A DNA stretch of 64,000 bases, taken from IMG/VR virus record IMGVR_UViG_3300033156_001279, positions 13,069-77,068 of that record; one strand, written 5' to 3'. The notes beneath the pieces were generated by a model. That model was not told the origin of the DNA. It worked only from the letters and a program-made list of their open reading frames with translations, and made no database searches. Positions 38,033 to 46,652 of this stretch are shown here, piece after piece. The translations under genes were made by a program, and so were the position numbers. Numbering within the stretch: the first letter of the stretch is position 1; every line of letters starts with the position of its first letter. The DNA is from a virus. Its lineage: Duplodnaviria > Heunggongvirae > Uroviricota > Caudoviricetes.

Positions 38033-38206
38033 ATGAAGAAAGGTGATAAGGTTAGGATTTATCAAAAACCAATAACAGAAGAAGATTTTGAGGGAGAAGC
38101 CACCTTAATACGAAAAGATTTAACTGATAAAAAGAACAACTTAGAAGTTTGGTGGGTAAAGTTTAAAGGAGATACCAGAGAGTTTAGAAGAACTATTAAG
38201 GGTTAA
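38033..38206 (+). CDS. hypothetical small protein (57 aa; below ORF-track cutoff)
   Basis: ATG at 38033, 26 nt after AAAGGTCG. Translates MKKGDKVRIYQKPITEEDFEGEATLIRKDL... Confidence 0.3.
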   Translation: MKKGDKVRIYQKPITEEDFEGEATLIRKDLTDKKNNLEVWWVKFKGDTREFRRTIKG

Positions 38207-38301
38207 AAAAGAGGATTTTAGCCCAAAAACAAGCCATTGAGAGGCGTTTTAAGGCGTTTAAAAATAAAAGTAAGGGTATAATACCTTTTTAAAAGAGAAA
38301 A

Positions 38302-38700
38302 TTAAAGAGAACTAATTTGACCTACAGCATCAATAACATATCTTGTTCCGTTCTTTCTTTTATAAATACTTCTATTATCTTTATCAGGTATATCCTCAGG
38401 ATTTTCTGGTTCTGGTCTCGTCTTCCAAGTAGCACCTAAAGAATTGGTTATACCTTCTTTTTCGTGTTCGTATATCACAGCTCTTCTTCCATAAACTTCT
38501 TCACCCTTTACTACTGTATAAGATAATTTGTCCGAGTTATTATTGTCCGCTTTTATCCCGGACACTTGAACTTTATTGTCCGCTTTATTGTCCGCTTTAT
38601 TGTCCGCTTTACGAGAATATGCTTTTCTACACCTATCCGAACAAAACTTAGCATCTTTTCTTTTAGATATAAACTCTTTATTACAATTTAAACATCTCAT
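38302..38700 (-). CDS. zinc-ribbon protein with ADNK tandem repeat
   Basis: MRCLNCNKEF...CSDRC, then ADNKADNKADNK. This is encoded by a 12-bp x3 tandem DNA repeat at ~38565-38610. Lone leftward gene inside the rightward block. Confidence 0.45.
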   Translation of the reverse strand: MRCLNCNKEFISKRKDAKFCSDRCRKAYSRKADNKADNKADNKVQVSGIKADNNNSDKLSYTVVKGEEVYGRRAVIYEHEKEGITNSLGATWKTRPEPENPEDIPDKDNRSIYKRKNGTRYVIDAVGQISSL

Positions 38701-38848
38701 ATCTACATAATTATTTTGCTTATTATGACCTTTTTATTGTTATTCTATTAAGTATAGCAAAAACAAGTTATAAAGTCAAGGGTTCAATAAACTTAATAAG
38801 TAAAAGCCGTATTTTTAAGGGGATTTTATACCTGTGGAAAACTATCTA

Positions 38849-38878
38849 TTGACAAGGGGTTATGAAAAATGCTACAAT
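38849..38878 (+). promoter_or_regulatory. sigma70-type promoter P3: TTGACA-agggg-N-TGC-TACAAT-gg
   Basis: -35 at 38849-38854, 18-nt spacer with extended -10 TGn, -10 TACAAT at 38873-38878. Confidence 0.45.
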
Positions 38879-39051
38879 GGATAGTAGAGAATAGAGCATA
38901 TTATAATTGAAAGTTAGGTTGGCGGTTTTTGAGGATAGAAGACAGGAGAGTTGAAACTCTTAACATATCAAAAAAAAGAAAAGAAAAAAAAGAAAAGAAA
39001 AAAGAAAACCCTCAATAAATTCTAAAACCTTAATAAACTTTAAACCTTAAT

Positions 39052-39309
39052 ATGAAATATAAAGTTATTGTGAATTGTAATTTGGAATATACTTTTGATG
39101 TTGATAGTAGAGAGGAAGCGATTATAGGGGTGGAAAATGTAGAGTTGCCTCCAGAATATGTAGAAGATAGCTTTAAAATTGTTAAGGTAAAGAAAGATAA
39201 AAATTTAGTTTATTGCGAAAATTGCCAGAAAATGACCCCTACCAAACTACATAAGGATAAATATGGAAATGATTATATGACCTGTGTAATATGTAAAGAA
39301 ACTAAATAA
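39052..39309 (+). CDS. small zinc-ribbon protein, member of a YKV...VEAKD.EA family
   Basis: CENCQK...CVICK. The N-terminal MKYKVIVNCNLEYTFDVDSREEAI resembles 42889, 43129 and 44540. Confidence 0.4.
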   Translation: MKYKVIVNCNLEYTFDVDSREEAIIGVENVELPPEYVEDSFKIVKVKKDKNLVYCENCQKMTPTKLHKDKYGNDYMTCVICKETK

Positions 39310-39512
39310 TATGAGAATATACTCCAAAGAGGAGAAAAATAAGATATGGAAAAGAATAGCAGAATTGGAACAAGAAGCGATTGGAAGATATATAGAAGTT
39401 GTGAACTGGGATTATATTGTGAAAATGTTAGATGAAGATAGCCAAAAAGAATTAAAGGAGCTTTATAAAAAGATAAAAAGATTTTAAAAAGGTCAAAAAA
39501 AAAGCTAAAACT

Positions 39513-39716
39513 ATGAGATTAACAAAGAAACAAATTGATGAATTATTAAGTTGTCATATAGGAGTGGGGATAGTAGCTTATAAGAGTGCCGATGACACAA
39601 TAACAAAGTTTGAATTTTATACGGATGATGATAATAAAGTCAGAAAAATAAGTGATTTTAAAACTCCCGAAATAGATTTAAGTAAGGAAGTTAGTAAGAA
39701 TTTATTAAGAGCATAG
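39513..39716 (+). CDS. hypothetical protein (67 aa)
   Basis: ORF. Confidence 0.35.
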   Translation: MRLTKKQIDELLSCHIGVGIVAYKSADDTITKFEFYTDDDNKVRKISDFKTPEIDLSKEVSKNLLRA

Positions 39717-39732
39717 TTTAATAAGCAAAAAA

Positions 39733-39927
39733 ATGAAAACAATAAAACAAGTCCAGAATAAAGCGAAGAGGTTATTAGAAGAATATAAAAAAGAGGAGCC
39801 GAGAGAAGATTTGGTTTCTGTTTATGAGAGAAAATTAGATGATTTTATAGGTGATTTTTGGGATTATAGTTATTTTGAGAGACAAAAATTAAGTGAAATA
39901 AGGGCTGATTTCTTTGATGAATTATAA
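39733..39927 (+). CDS. hypothetical protein (64 aa)
   Basis: ORF. Confidence 0.35.
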   Translation: MKTIKQVQNKAKRLLEEYKKEEPREDLVSVYERKLDDFIGDFWDYSYFERQKLSEIRADFFDEL

Positions 39928-40391
39928 GTGGAATATCTTTGCGGGAAGCCGGTAAGATGGTTTATGGTAAGTGATAAAAAAAGTGTTTAATTTTAGCCGG
40001 TTTGAAGCTCAAAAAATTAAAATTACTTTTTATCAAAACCCATTTACGATTTTATTTGGCTTTCTACAAAGGTATTCTGACTTGCCACCTTTATTCTACC
40101 ATATTTAATTCAAAAAGTCAAAAATATACTTCTTGAACCCAGGTTCAAAAACTATTTTAAAAAGTGAACTTATGTTTCAAAAAATGAAATTAACTATCAG
40201 AAGATATATTAAGAATAGAGAAATTAACTTTAATTGGAAAGGACAACTCTATATTTTAGCTTTCAGAGAGCTAAGGAAACAGGATAGAGGATTTTTCTTT
40301 AGCATTTACAAAATAGAGGGTTTAAAGTATAAAAGAGTTTTTAAGTTCTAAGTTCATTTTAGCAATAATAAAAATAAAGGTCAAGTAAATT

Positions 40392-40640
40392 ATGAAAAAA
40401 GCAAATAAAAAAGAGGTAGATAAAGACATAAAGGAAATTGTAGATAAAATAGCAGAATTGGTAGGTTGTCATATTCAGTTTAACAATTCTCCCTGTAATA
40501 CCTGTTTTCACACTTGGGCTGGTGATATTGGTCTTTCTGACAATATGGCTCATTTATTTTGGCTCGTATTATTGGGGATTAGAGGAGATTATCCAGAAGA
40601 AGAGATTATAGAGGGAATTAAAGAAATGAAACTTTACTAA
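40392..40640 (+). CDS. hypothetical protein (82 aa)
   Basis: ORF 9 nt after AAAGGTCAAG. Confidence 0.35.
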   Translation: MKKANKKEVDKDIKEIVDKIAELVGCHIQFNNSPCNTCFHTWAGDIGLSDNMAHLFWLVLLGIRGDYPEEEIIEGIKEMKLY

Positions 40641-40649
40641 ACTAATAAT

Positions 40650-41306
40650 TTGACTATGGAAAATAAAAAGAAAAAACAAGGAGTATTTTTTAACAAGTTT
40701 AACTTCTTAATACATAATTTTTGCGGTAAGTCCTCCGGAAGACCCGAACTGGGAGGAGTGTTTGTTTCACCTGCTCACACCGTAAGCACAGACAGTTTTA
40801 AGATAATCAAGGTAGACACCCCAAAGGGTTTAGATCCTGATGATTATCCAATTATACCTAATAAACCAAAACCTTTGAATAATTTTAAGAGTTTTATTCT
40901 GCCGAAAGATGAAGCAAAAGAGGTATTAGAAATGTTTAGAAGTCAAAAGAGTTCAAAATCTCTACCTATTTTAGATTATGCCGTGCTTCTAAAAAATGAT
41001 AAGGAAAATGTAGAGATAGGAAAAACCAATTTAGAAAGTTTTAGGAGTGTAAGCAGTAGAAAAATCGTAGGTGAATATCCCAGATACCAAGATTTATTTG
41101 TTGAGAGAGGCAAATATATTGAGATTTCAGTCAATCCCTCGTTTTTAAAAGAGATAGTGAACTTTTATGTCAGTTTTATAGATAAACCCTTAAAAGAATT
41201 AAAGATTAAAGTTCCAATAGAAAAAACTAACCCCATAAGGTTTTATGCTGAACGGCAAGAAGGGCAAAAAGCTGTCGCTTTATTGATGGCTATTGAGGAT
41301 AAATAA
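40650..41306 (+). CDS. hypothetical protein (218 aa)
   Basis: Largest ORF in this part of the early block. No motif recognised. Confidence 0.4.
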   Translation: MTMENKKKKQGVFFNKFNFLIHNFCGKSSGRPELGGVFVSPAHTVSTDSFKIIKVDTPKGLDPDDYPIIPNKPKPLNNFKSFILPKDEAKEVLEMFRSQKSSKSLPILDYAVLLKNDKENVEIGKTNLESFRSVSSRKIVGEYPRYQDLFVERGKYIEISVNPSFLKEIVNFYVSFIDKPLKELKIKVPIEKTNPIRFYAERQEGQKAVALLMAIEDK

Positions 41307-41676
41307 ATTGGTCTTTAATACTTAGACAGACGAAGTAAGCCGGAAAAACCAAGATAAAACTTTAAAACTTCTCTTGGGTCTGTCTAAGTATTAGGGACTA
41401 ATTTAAAGGATTTTCTGAAACTTTTAAAATGCTGATAAGGAAATGATAGAAACGAAATTGTCAATTAAGGATATTGTTTTAGAAACTACCTATCTGAAAT
41501 TGATCCCCTTATGACTTAGAAACCTTATCTGATATTTTTAAAAGTTTTAGTTATATTGCTTATAAAGAAGTTCCTAATGACTTCTAACAAAGTTAGATGA
41601 CTTGATAAGAATAGTTTATCGCCTTAACAATTTGATAGTTAAAAGGAAAGTTCTTTGGTAGTTTCTGCTTTTCCTT

Positions 41677-41937
41677 TTGCTATCCTCAATTATGAAATTC
41701 TTAATCGCTATGTTATTATTTATTCTTCTGTTCTTTACTCTGCTTTTAAGTGCCTATTTTATAGCCAGATATACCAGTATAGCTGGATATATCAAGGCAA
41801 ATAAAGAACTAAAAGAAGAAAATTGGTCTTTGATACAAGACAACAGACAATTGGAACAATTGGTAGATGTTTGTGTTAAAGAATTAAAAGAGTGTAGAAA
41901 AAATTATATTGAAGAATACTTCCAGGAAAATAACTAA
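41677..41937 (+). CDS. small membrane/coiled-coil protein (86 aa)
   Basis: N-terminal hydrophobic helix LIAMLLFILLFFTLLLSAYFIA, then a coiled coil. Confidence 0.35.
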   Translation: MLSSIMKFLIAMLLFILLFFTLLLSAYFIARYTSIAGYIKANKELKEENWSLIQDNRQLEQLVDVCVKELKECRKNYIEEYFQENN

Positions 41938-41952
41938 TTATTTAAAATCTCT

Positions 41953-42168
41953 ATGACTATGTTTAAAAAAATCTATGTGGTCTATCCCAGAAAATTCAAT
42001 AGCGATAAAGAGATAATGGATTATCTTGAAAAAGACGGAGATGTTGAGAGTTTTTCAAGTTTAAAAAAGGCAAGAGAGTTCAAAAAAGAATATGGCGGTT
42101 GGATAAACCAAGAAGTAGCCGATGAAGAAGTGTTTAAAGAAATTGATAAATATACCAAAAGAATATGA
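41953..42168 (+). CDS. hypothetical protein (71 aa)
   Basis: ORF. Overlaps the next gene by 4 nt. Confidence 0.35.
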   Translation: MTMFKKIYVVYPRKFNSDKEIMDYLEKDGDVESFSSLKKAREFKKEYGGWINQEVADEEVFKEIDKYTKRI

Positions 42169-42872
42169 CAAAGAATACTTTAAAAGTTCACCAGATTTTG
42201 GATAAGTTTGTTCAGGGCGTTGTCAAAGATTTAAGTAATTCTTTATTAGTAGTAGGATCAGCTGGAACTGGAAAAACCGAAGGAATACTCTCAAGTTTAA
42301 AGAAACTAAAACTTCAAGAAAACAGACATTTTAAATACCTAAATAGCTATTCCAGTCCTCTTGAATTCTATCATTTGTTGGAAGATGTAAATGAACTGGA
42401 AAAACCAAGATTGCTGGTGCTTGATGATGCCGAAGAGTTTATTCACAACAAAAGAATTTTATCGTTGTTAAGAAGTAGTTTATGGGGAAATTTAGAAGGA
42501 AAAAGAATAGTCCATTGGATTTCGCCAAGAACAGAAAATCATAGTTTTGAGTTTAATGGCAAAATTATAATTCTACTAAATGAATTAAACCTAAATAATA
42601 GTTTAATCCGGGCTTTGATTTCAAGAGGATTTTTCTATAATTTAAAACTGACAAGGCAAGAAATATCAGATCTTATTCAAGAAAGAGCAAAAGTTCCGTA
42701 TAAAAATCTTTCATTTAAACAAAGAAAGAAAATAGCTAATTTTTTAATAGAGGAAGGAAATAAGGGTAAAAAACTCAATTTGCGAACTTTTCCTTTAGCA
42801 ATGAACTTATTTCTTCTTTCTCCTAATCATTATCAAAGGTTGATTTCAGAACTTTTATCAAAAAATTATTAA
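42165..42872 (+). CDS. AAA+ ATPase (helicase-loader / replication-initiator-like)
   Basis: Walker A VVGSAGTGKTEG, Walker B LLVLDDAEEF. 235 aa, the size of DnaC/IstB-type loaders. Lies downstream of a 370-bp structured non-coding region. Confidence 0.5.
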   Translation: MTKNTLKVHQILDKFVQGVVKDLSNSLLVVGSAGTGKTEGILSSLKKLKLQENRHFKYLNSYSSPLEFYHLLEDVNELEKPRLLVLDDAEEFIHNKRILSLLRSSLWGNLEGKRIVHWISPRTENHSFEFNGKIIILLNELNLNNSLIRALISRGFFYNLKLTRQEISDLIQERAKVPYKNLSFKQRKKIANFLIEEGNKGKKLNLRTFPLAMNLFLLSPNHYQRLISELLSKNY

Positions 42873-42888
42873 CAAACCAATTGATAAT

Positions 42889-43095
42889 ATGAAAAAATTA
42901 TATCTAATAAACTGCGATGTTCACGATGAATATCCTTATTACACTTTCTTTATTGAAGCCAAAAATGAAATTGAAGCAAATGAAAAAGCGATGAAAATTG
43001 CCAAAAGGGATTATGAAATGGTTGCTTTGAAAGAACCCGAAATATATTCCTATGAAATAAAGAGTTTAGAAGATATTAGAAAAAGGTGTCTTTAA
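42889..43095 (+). CDS. small protein of the Y(K/R)V...EAK.E.EA family
   Basis: MKKLYLINCDVHDEYPYYTFFIEAKNEIEANEKAMKIAKRDY. Confidence 0.35.
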   Translation: MKKLYLINCDVHDEYPYYTFFIEAKNEIEANEKAMKIAKRDYEMVALKEPEIYSYEIKSLEDIRKRCL

Positions 43096-43128
43096 AGGTC
43101 GGTTCTAATCAACTTTAATACTTTAATT

Positions 43129-43365
43129 ATGAAAAAATATAGAGTAAATTTTTATTCCACAAATGCTCAAGTTGAAGCAAAAGATAAGGTTGAAGCAGTC
43201 CGAAAAGCCAAAATATTATTCTATGATGGCGAACTATGTTCTGAAGTAGAAAGTGCTGAAGAAATAGAAGAAGAAAGGTCTTGCCGGAAGTGTGGCAAAA
43301 CTTCTGGATTGCTTGAAGAAGAAGATATTTGTTATACTTGTGCCAAAGAAAGAGGAATTATTTAA
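43129..43365 (+). CDS. small zinc-ribbon protein of the same family
   Basis: MKKYRVNFYSTNAQVEAKDKVEAVRKAKILF... plus CRKCGK...CYTCAK. Confidence 0.35.
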   Translation: MKKYRVNFYSTNAQVEAKDKVEAVRKAKILFYDGELCSEVESAEEIEEERSCRKCGKTSGLLEEEDICYTCAKERGII

Positions 43366-43379
43366 AATAAGATAAAAAT

Positions 43380-43556
43380 ATGTATAAATGTGATAAATGC
43401 GGAAAAAAAGCTAAATACAATTTACAGACACGCTGGCATCTATACGAGATAACTGGCGAAGATGAAAATGAGGATTTTAAGGAAATGGAAACTTGGGATG
43501 GAGACGATAATGAATTTCTCTGTAAAAAGTGTGCCAAAGAAGAAGGAATAATCTAA
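43380..43556 (+). CDS. small zinc-ribbon protein (58 aa; not in ORF track)
   Basis: MYKCDKCGKK...LCKKCAKEEGII. C-terminal ...C.KCAKEEGII resembles the 43129 gene's C-terminus (CYTCAKERGII). Confidence 0.35.
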   Translation: MYKCDKCGKKAKYNLQTRWHLYEITGEDENEDFKEMETWDGDDNEFLCKKCAKEEGII

Positions 43557-43567
43557 AAAATAAAATT

Positions 43568-43783
43568 ATGAAAACTTATATCTGTCCTTCGTGTAGAAAA
43601 AAACAATATAAAGTAAGAGAATGGCGAAGAGGTTTATTTTCTCGCGAGTTCAATTTAAAAACTGGAAAGATGGGAATATATTATCAGATTGGAGATAATT
43701 CCGAACACAAAAATTGGGCTTGTCCGAATTGTGATGCTAATCTACCTTTTGAAATTATTGATGGATTTATAGAACAAATCTAA
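43568..43783 (+). CDS. small zinc-ribbon protein
   Basis: MKTYICPSCRKK...CPNCDANL. The start is placed at the ATG at 43568; the ORF track shows a longer upstream extension. Confidence 0.35.
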   Translation: MKTYICPSCRKKQYKVREWRRGLFSREFNLKTGKMGIYYQIGDNSEHKNWACPNCDANLPFEIIDGFIEQI

Positions 43784-43930
43784 ATGAAGTCAGATTATGT
43801 CAAAACTAAATTCTGTAAATCCTGCCCAGTCAAAAATTGTTCTGGGAAAGAGCTTGGCAAATTGGGTTATCCTGTTGTTATCTGTCCTGTCAAAAAAAAG
43901 AAAAAAAAGGTCAAAACCAATTCAAAATAA
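43784..43930 (+). CDS. small Cys-rich basic protein (48 aa; not in ORF track)
   Basis: MKSDYVKTKFCKSCPVKNCSG...VVICPVKKKKKKV. Confidence 0.3.
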   Translation: MKSDYVKTKFCKSCPVKNCSGKELGKLGYPVVICPVKKKKKKVKTNSK

Positions 43931-43936
43931 ACTAAT

Positions 43937-44110
43937 ATGAGAAGTCGTCAAAATGGCAATCACAAAATTTTAGAAATCTATCTTAGTGATTTAAAAAAGG
44001 AAGCACAGAAAGAAGTATTAGATTTATATCAATTGAAAGAAGACAACTACGATATAGCTCCGTTGTTTGTATTAGAAAATGAAACAAAAAAACAAAGAAT
44101 ATCCAAATAA
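43937..44110 (+). CDS. hypothetical small protein (57 aa; not in ORF track)
   Basis: ATG 24 nt after AAAGGTCA. Confidence 0.3.
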   Translation: MRSRQNGNHKILEIYLSDLKKEAQKEVLDLYQLKEDNYDIAPLFVLENETKKQRISK

Positions 44111-44525
44111 ACTGAGATGTAAAATCTGTGGCAAAGAGTTTGAGCATTTGGGTTCTCATATTTGGCACAAACACAAAATACCTGTTCGTGAATATAAGGA
44201 GAGATTTGAATTACCGTATAATGAAGCCCTGATTTCAGAAGAAATTTATTATAAGAAAAAGAAGCATTGGGAAAGCAGGAGAGATTATTATCTTAAAAAT
44301 TTAAGGAGAGGAAAAAAATATCAGTTTAAGAAAGGGCATAGAGGTCAGAGAAGAATATCAGCAAGCGAAAGAAAACGACTTATTAAGAGAATACTTGAAG
44401 TTAACAAAAAAAGAAAGTTGGAAAAATGCCCTATTTGTAATCTAAAATTTTATTGTTTGGATGCTCATCTTTTTAAAAAACATCAATTCTTGAGAGTTCC
44501 TAAAATCAAAAAGGTCGCAAAATAA
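44079..44525 (+). CDS. C2H2-like zinc-finger protein (two CxxC...HxxxH units), basic
   Basis: CKICGKEFEHLGSHIWHKH and CPICNLKFYCLDAHLFKKH. Confidence 0.35.
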   Translation: MKQKNKEYPNKLRCKICGKEFEHLGSHIWHKHKIPVREYKERFELPYNEALISEEIYYKKKKHWESRRDYYLKNLRRGKKYQFKKGHRGQRRISASERKRLIKRILEVNKKRKLEKCPICNLKFYCLDAHLFKKHQFLRVPKIKKVAK

Positions 44526-44539
44526 AAAAAAAGAGAAAT

Positions 44540-44863
44540 ATGAAAAGAGAAAATCTAAAACCAAAGGATGAAGAAGAACTAACACAGATACTTAGTAAAA
44601 ACATCTTAGAGAGATATGATAATAAGGAGTATTGGGATCAGAAACAGAAACTTATTGAAAGTTATCTACAAGAAAAGGAAGAAGAATATAAGAAAAAGAA
44701 AAAATACAGAGTGGGTTATTGGCAAACTGATTACGGCTATTTTGAAATAGAAGCTAAAGATGAAAAGGAGGCAAGAGAAATTGCTGAAAAATTAGATGAT
44801 ACTTCGGAAGAATTTGTAAGTAAAAGGGTAGATTTTGGAATAGAAGAAATAGAAGAAATTTAA
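44540..44863 (+). CDS. hypothetical protein (107 aa), C-terminal part of the Y.V...EAKDEKEA family
   Basis: ...KKYRVGYWQTDYGYFEIEAKDEKEAREIAEKLDD. Confidence 0.35.
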   Translation: MKRENLKPKDEEELTQILSKNILERYDNKEYWDQKQKLIESYLQEKEEEYKKKKKYRVGYWQTDYGYFEIEAKDEKEAREIAEKLDDTSEEFVSKRVDFGIEEIEEI

Positions 44864-44896
44864 AAAGGTCGGAAAATTATTAACCTAAAGAAAAAT

Positions 44897-45343
44897 ATGG
44901 AATTAAAATTTAAAGTTGGAGACAAAGTAAGAGGAATAGGTGCTGATATTAAAGGTTGCGAAGGGATTATAGAAGAAGTTAAACCTGATGGTTATAACAT
45001 CCGTTTCACAAAGGTGGGAAATGAAGCTTGGCACGGAATTGGAGAATGGAGAGTGGGTAATTTAATGTGTAGGCATACTTTTTGGGAAGGTTCTTTAGAA
45101 TTAATAACATCCTCTGACGAAACAAATAAGCGGAGGACATTTAAAATGAAGTTAAATACAATGATGAAGAAATTGCTTGATAAGGATACCAAAATTCTTA
45201 TTGAAGCAGATTATATCGATGGCAATCTGTTGCTCACCGAAGAAGGCAAAAGAGCCCTTGATGCCATCATATTTGAGGAATATAAAGCTGATTTAGTCAA
45301 ACTTGCTAAAGAAAAGATAGAAGAAATCAAAGAAAACAAATAA
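44897..45343 (+). CDS. hypothetical protein (148 aa)
   Basis: ORF 25 nt after AAAGGTCG. Confidence 0.4.
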   Translation: MELKFKVGDKVRGIGADIKGCEGIIEEVKPDGYNIRFTKVGNEAWHGIGEWRVGNLMCRHTFWEGSLELITSSDETNKRRTFKMKLNTMMKKLLDKDTKILIEADYIDGNLLLTEEGKRALDAIIFEEYKADLVKLAKEKIEEIKENK

Positions 45344-45617
45344 TGAAGTTTAGGAGTTTGGAAAAAATTTTAAGAATTAAAAGATGTTATCTTTGTGGTT
45401 GCTTGATATGGTGGTCAAAAGAGAAGATTAGAATAATTGAAAGTCCTAAAGACCGATATGGGATAAAAGTCCCCATCTGTTCAAAATGCCATCGGGAGTT
45501 AGAGAGAACTAACTCTTAAAATCAATTCTACCCCCTCTATTTGCCCCTCTAACAAGCTTTTAAGAAGAAGTAGTAGAAAGTATAGCAAGTTAAATAAAAA
45601 AGAAAATAAACAAAAAT

Positions 45618-45818
45618 ATGGAAAAACCCTTCTTATATTGTCCTCATTGTAAAAAATATCCCAATAAGATTAAAGAAATAATTCAGAATAAGGAAAGCAT
45701 CCTGCGAAATTGGAATAGTCAGGAATATGAAAAGGTCGGGAGTTCTTCTAAATCTTCAATAAAAGCATTTTGCCCTCATTGCGGAACAGAATTAAGAATT
45801 AAAGGTCAAATTAAATAA
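45618..45818 (+). CDS. small zinc-ribbon protein
   Basis: CPHCKK...CPHCGTE. Confidence 0.35.
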   Translation: MEKPFLYCPHCKKYPNKIKEIIQNKESILRNWNSQEYEKVGSSSKSSIKAFCPHCGTELRIKGQIK

Positions 45819-45836
45819 AAAATAATAAATAAAAAT

Positions 45837-46100
45837 ATGACTGATGAAATAAAAATCACAGAAGAAAAAATCAAAGAAATTTTGAAAGAGAAACTACCAA
45901 AATGGTTTGAAGAACAATTATCTGCTGATTATTCAAATCCATTAAAAGATGCTATTGAAGCGGAGATTAAGGAACAGGAAGGAGTTATTAAAAAACTGGT
46001 TAAAGAAATCCTTTCCAGTGTGGTAGAAGACCCGAAATTCAAAGAAGAAATTGGAAAAGAAGTGATAGGGAGAATTATCTCTAAAGGATTGAATAACTAA
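45837..46100 (+). CDS. hypothetical protein (87 aa)
   Basis: ORF. Confidence 0.35.
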   Translation: MTDEIKITEEKIKEILKEKLPKWFEEQLSADYSNPLKDAIEAEIKEQEGVIKKLVKEILSSVVEDPKFKEEIGKEVIGRIISKGLNN

Positions 46101-46128
46101 AGGTCAAAAAACAAAATAACTTAAAATT

Positions 46129-46374
46129 ATGACTTTTGCGATCATAGCAATTACAATAATTGTGATTTCAGCTCTTTTAGCTAAGTATAAAGAAAGAAGT
46201 GTGGGTTTGGCAATAGTTTCAGCTGTGTTCTTTGGAATTTTCACAATTATCTATTATCTGATAGTAAGTAAATTGAAAGAATGCCCAAAATGTAAAATGA
46301 AAGTAAAAGAAACAGCCTTGACTTGTTATCATTGTGGACATTCTTTTGTGAAAAAAACTCAGAATAACAAATAA
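46129..46374 (+). CDS. membrane-anchored zinc-ribbon protein
   Basis: Two hydrophobic helices, then CPKCKMK...CYHCGH. Confidence 0.35.
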   Translation: MTFAIIAITIIVISALLAKYKERSVGLAIVSAVFFGIFTIIYYLIVSKLKECPKCKMKVKETALTCYHCGHSFVKKTQNNK

Positions 46375-46385
46375 TCCGAGTGAAA

Positions 46386-46405
46386 TTTTGAACCTGGGTT
46401 CAAAA
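46386..46405. repeat. 20-bp perfect palindrome TTTTGAACC-TGG-GGTTCAAAA
   Basis: Seen directly. Other copies lie at 2766-2779 (one mismatch), 40133-40148, 50258-50271, 52395-52410 and 54746-54759. Confidence 0.8.
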
Positions 46406-46408
46406 TCC

Positions 46409-46437
46409 TTGACACAAGTTTTTCAGTTTGATAAAAT
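46409..46437 (+). promoter_or_regulatory. sigma70-type promoter P7: TTGACA-N17-TAAAAT-gg, firing into a non-coding region
   Basis: -35 at 46409-46414, -10 at 46432-46437. Confidence 0.4.
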
Positions 46438-46443
46438 GGAATA

Positions 46444-46570
46444 ATACCTGCTCGGTCTTAATATTTATACCCGCCCGAGACCGAGCAGGTTAAGGAGGTT
46501 TTATCATAAACATTAGGAAATGAACCCAACTATGCAAAACAAAATCCCAGCATTTGCTGAGGTTTTTTTG
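46444..46570 (+). ncRNA. candidate small RNA (~125 nt): P7 promoter, 12-bp-stem hairpin, then terminator-like hairpin with T7 tract
   Basis: CCTGCTCGGTCT(46447-46458)...AGACCGAGCAGG(46478-46489), then CAGCatttGCTG followed by TTTTTTT (46549-46570). The only reading frame inside is a 17-codon one whose SD is 21 nt from the ATG. Confidence 0.35.
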
Positions 46571-46652
46571 TAATATTGGTTCGCCTATTTTCGTCTTAAT
46601 TACAACCCAAGTTAGGCTGGTAAAATGCCGGTAATAAGAAATTTCTTTACGA

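Noticed and set aside
38565-38610. CRISPR-like short direct repeats (also at 25150-25200, 25975-26050, 60950-61190)
   Set aside because: All are in-frame coding tandem repeats (ADNK, ETSE, YPYx, VYDNAx) without unique spacers. They are not CRISPR arrays.
46444-46600. tRNA gene in the structured 46.4-46.7 kb spacer
   Set aside because: No cloverleaf could be built. There is no 7-bp acceptor stem with a matching T-arm GTTC box, and no anticodon-loop context.
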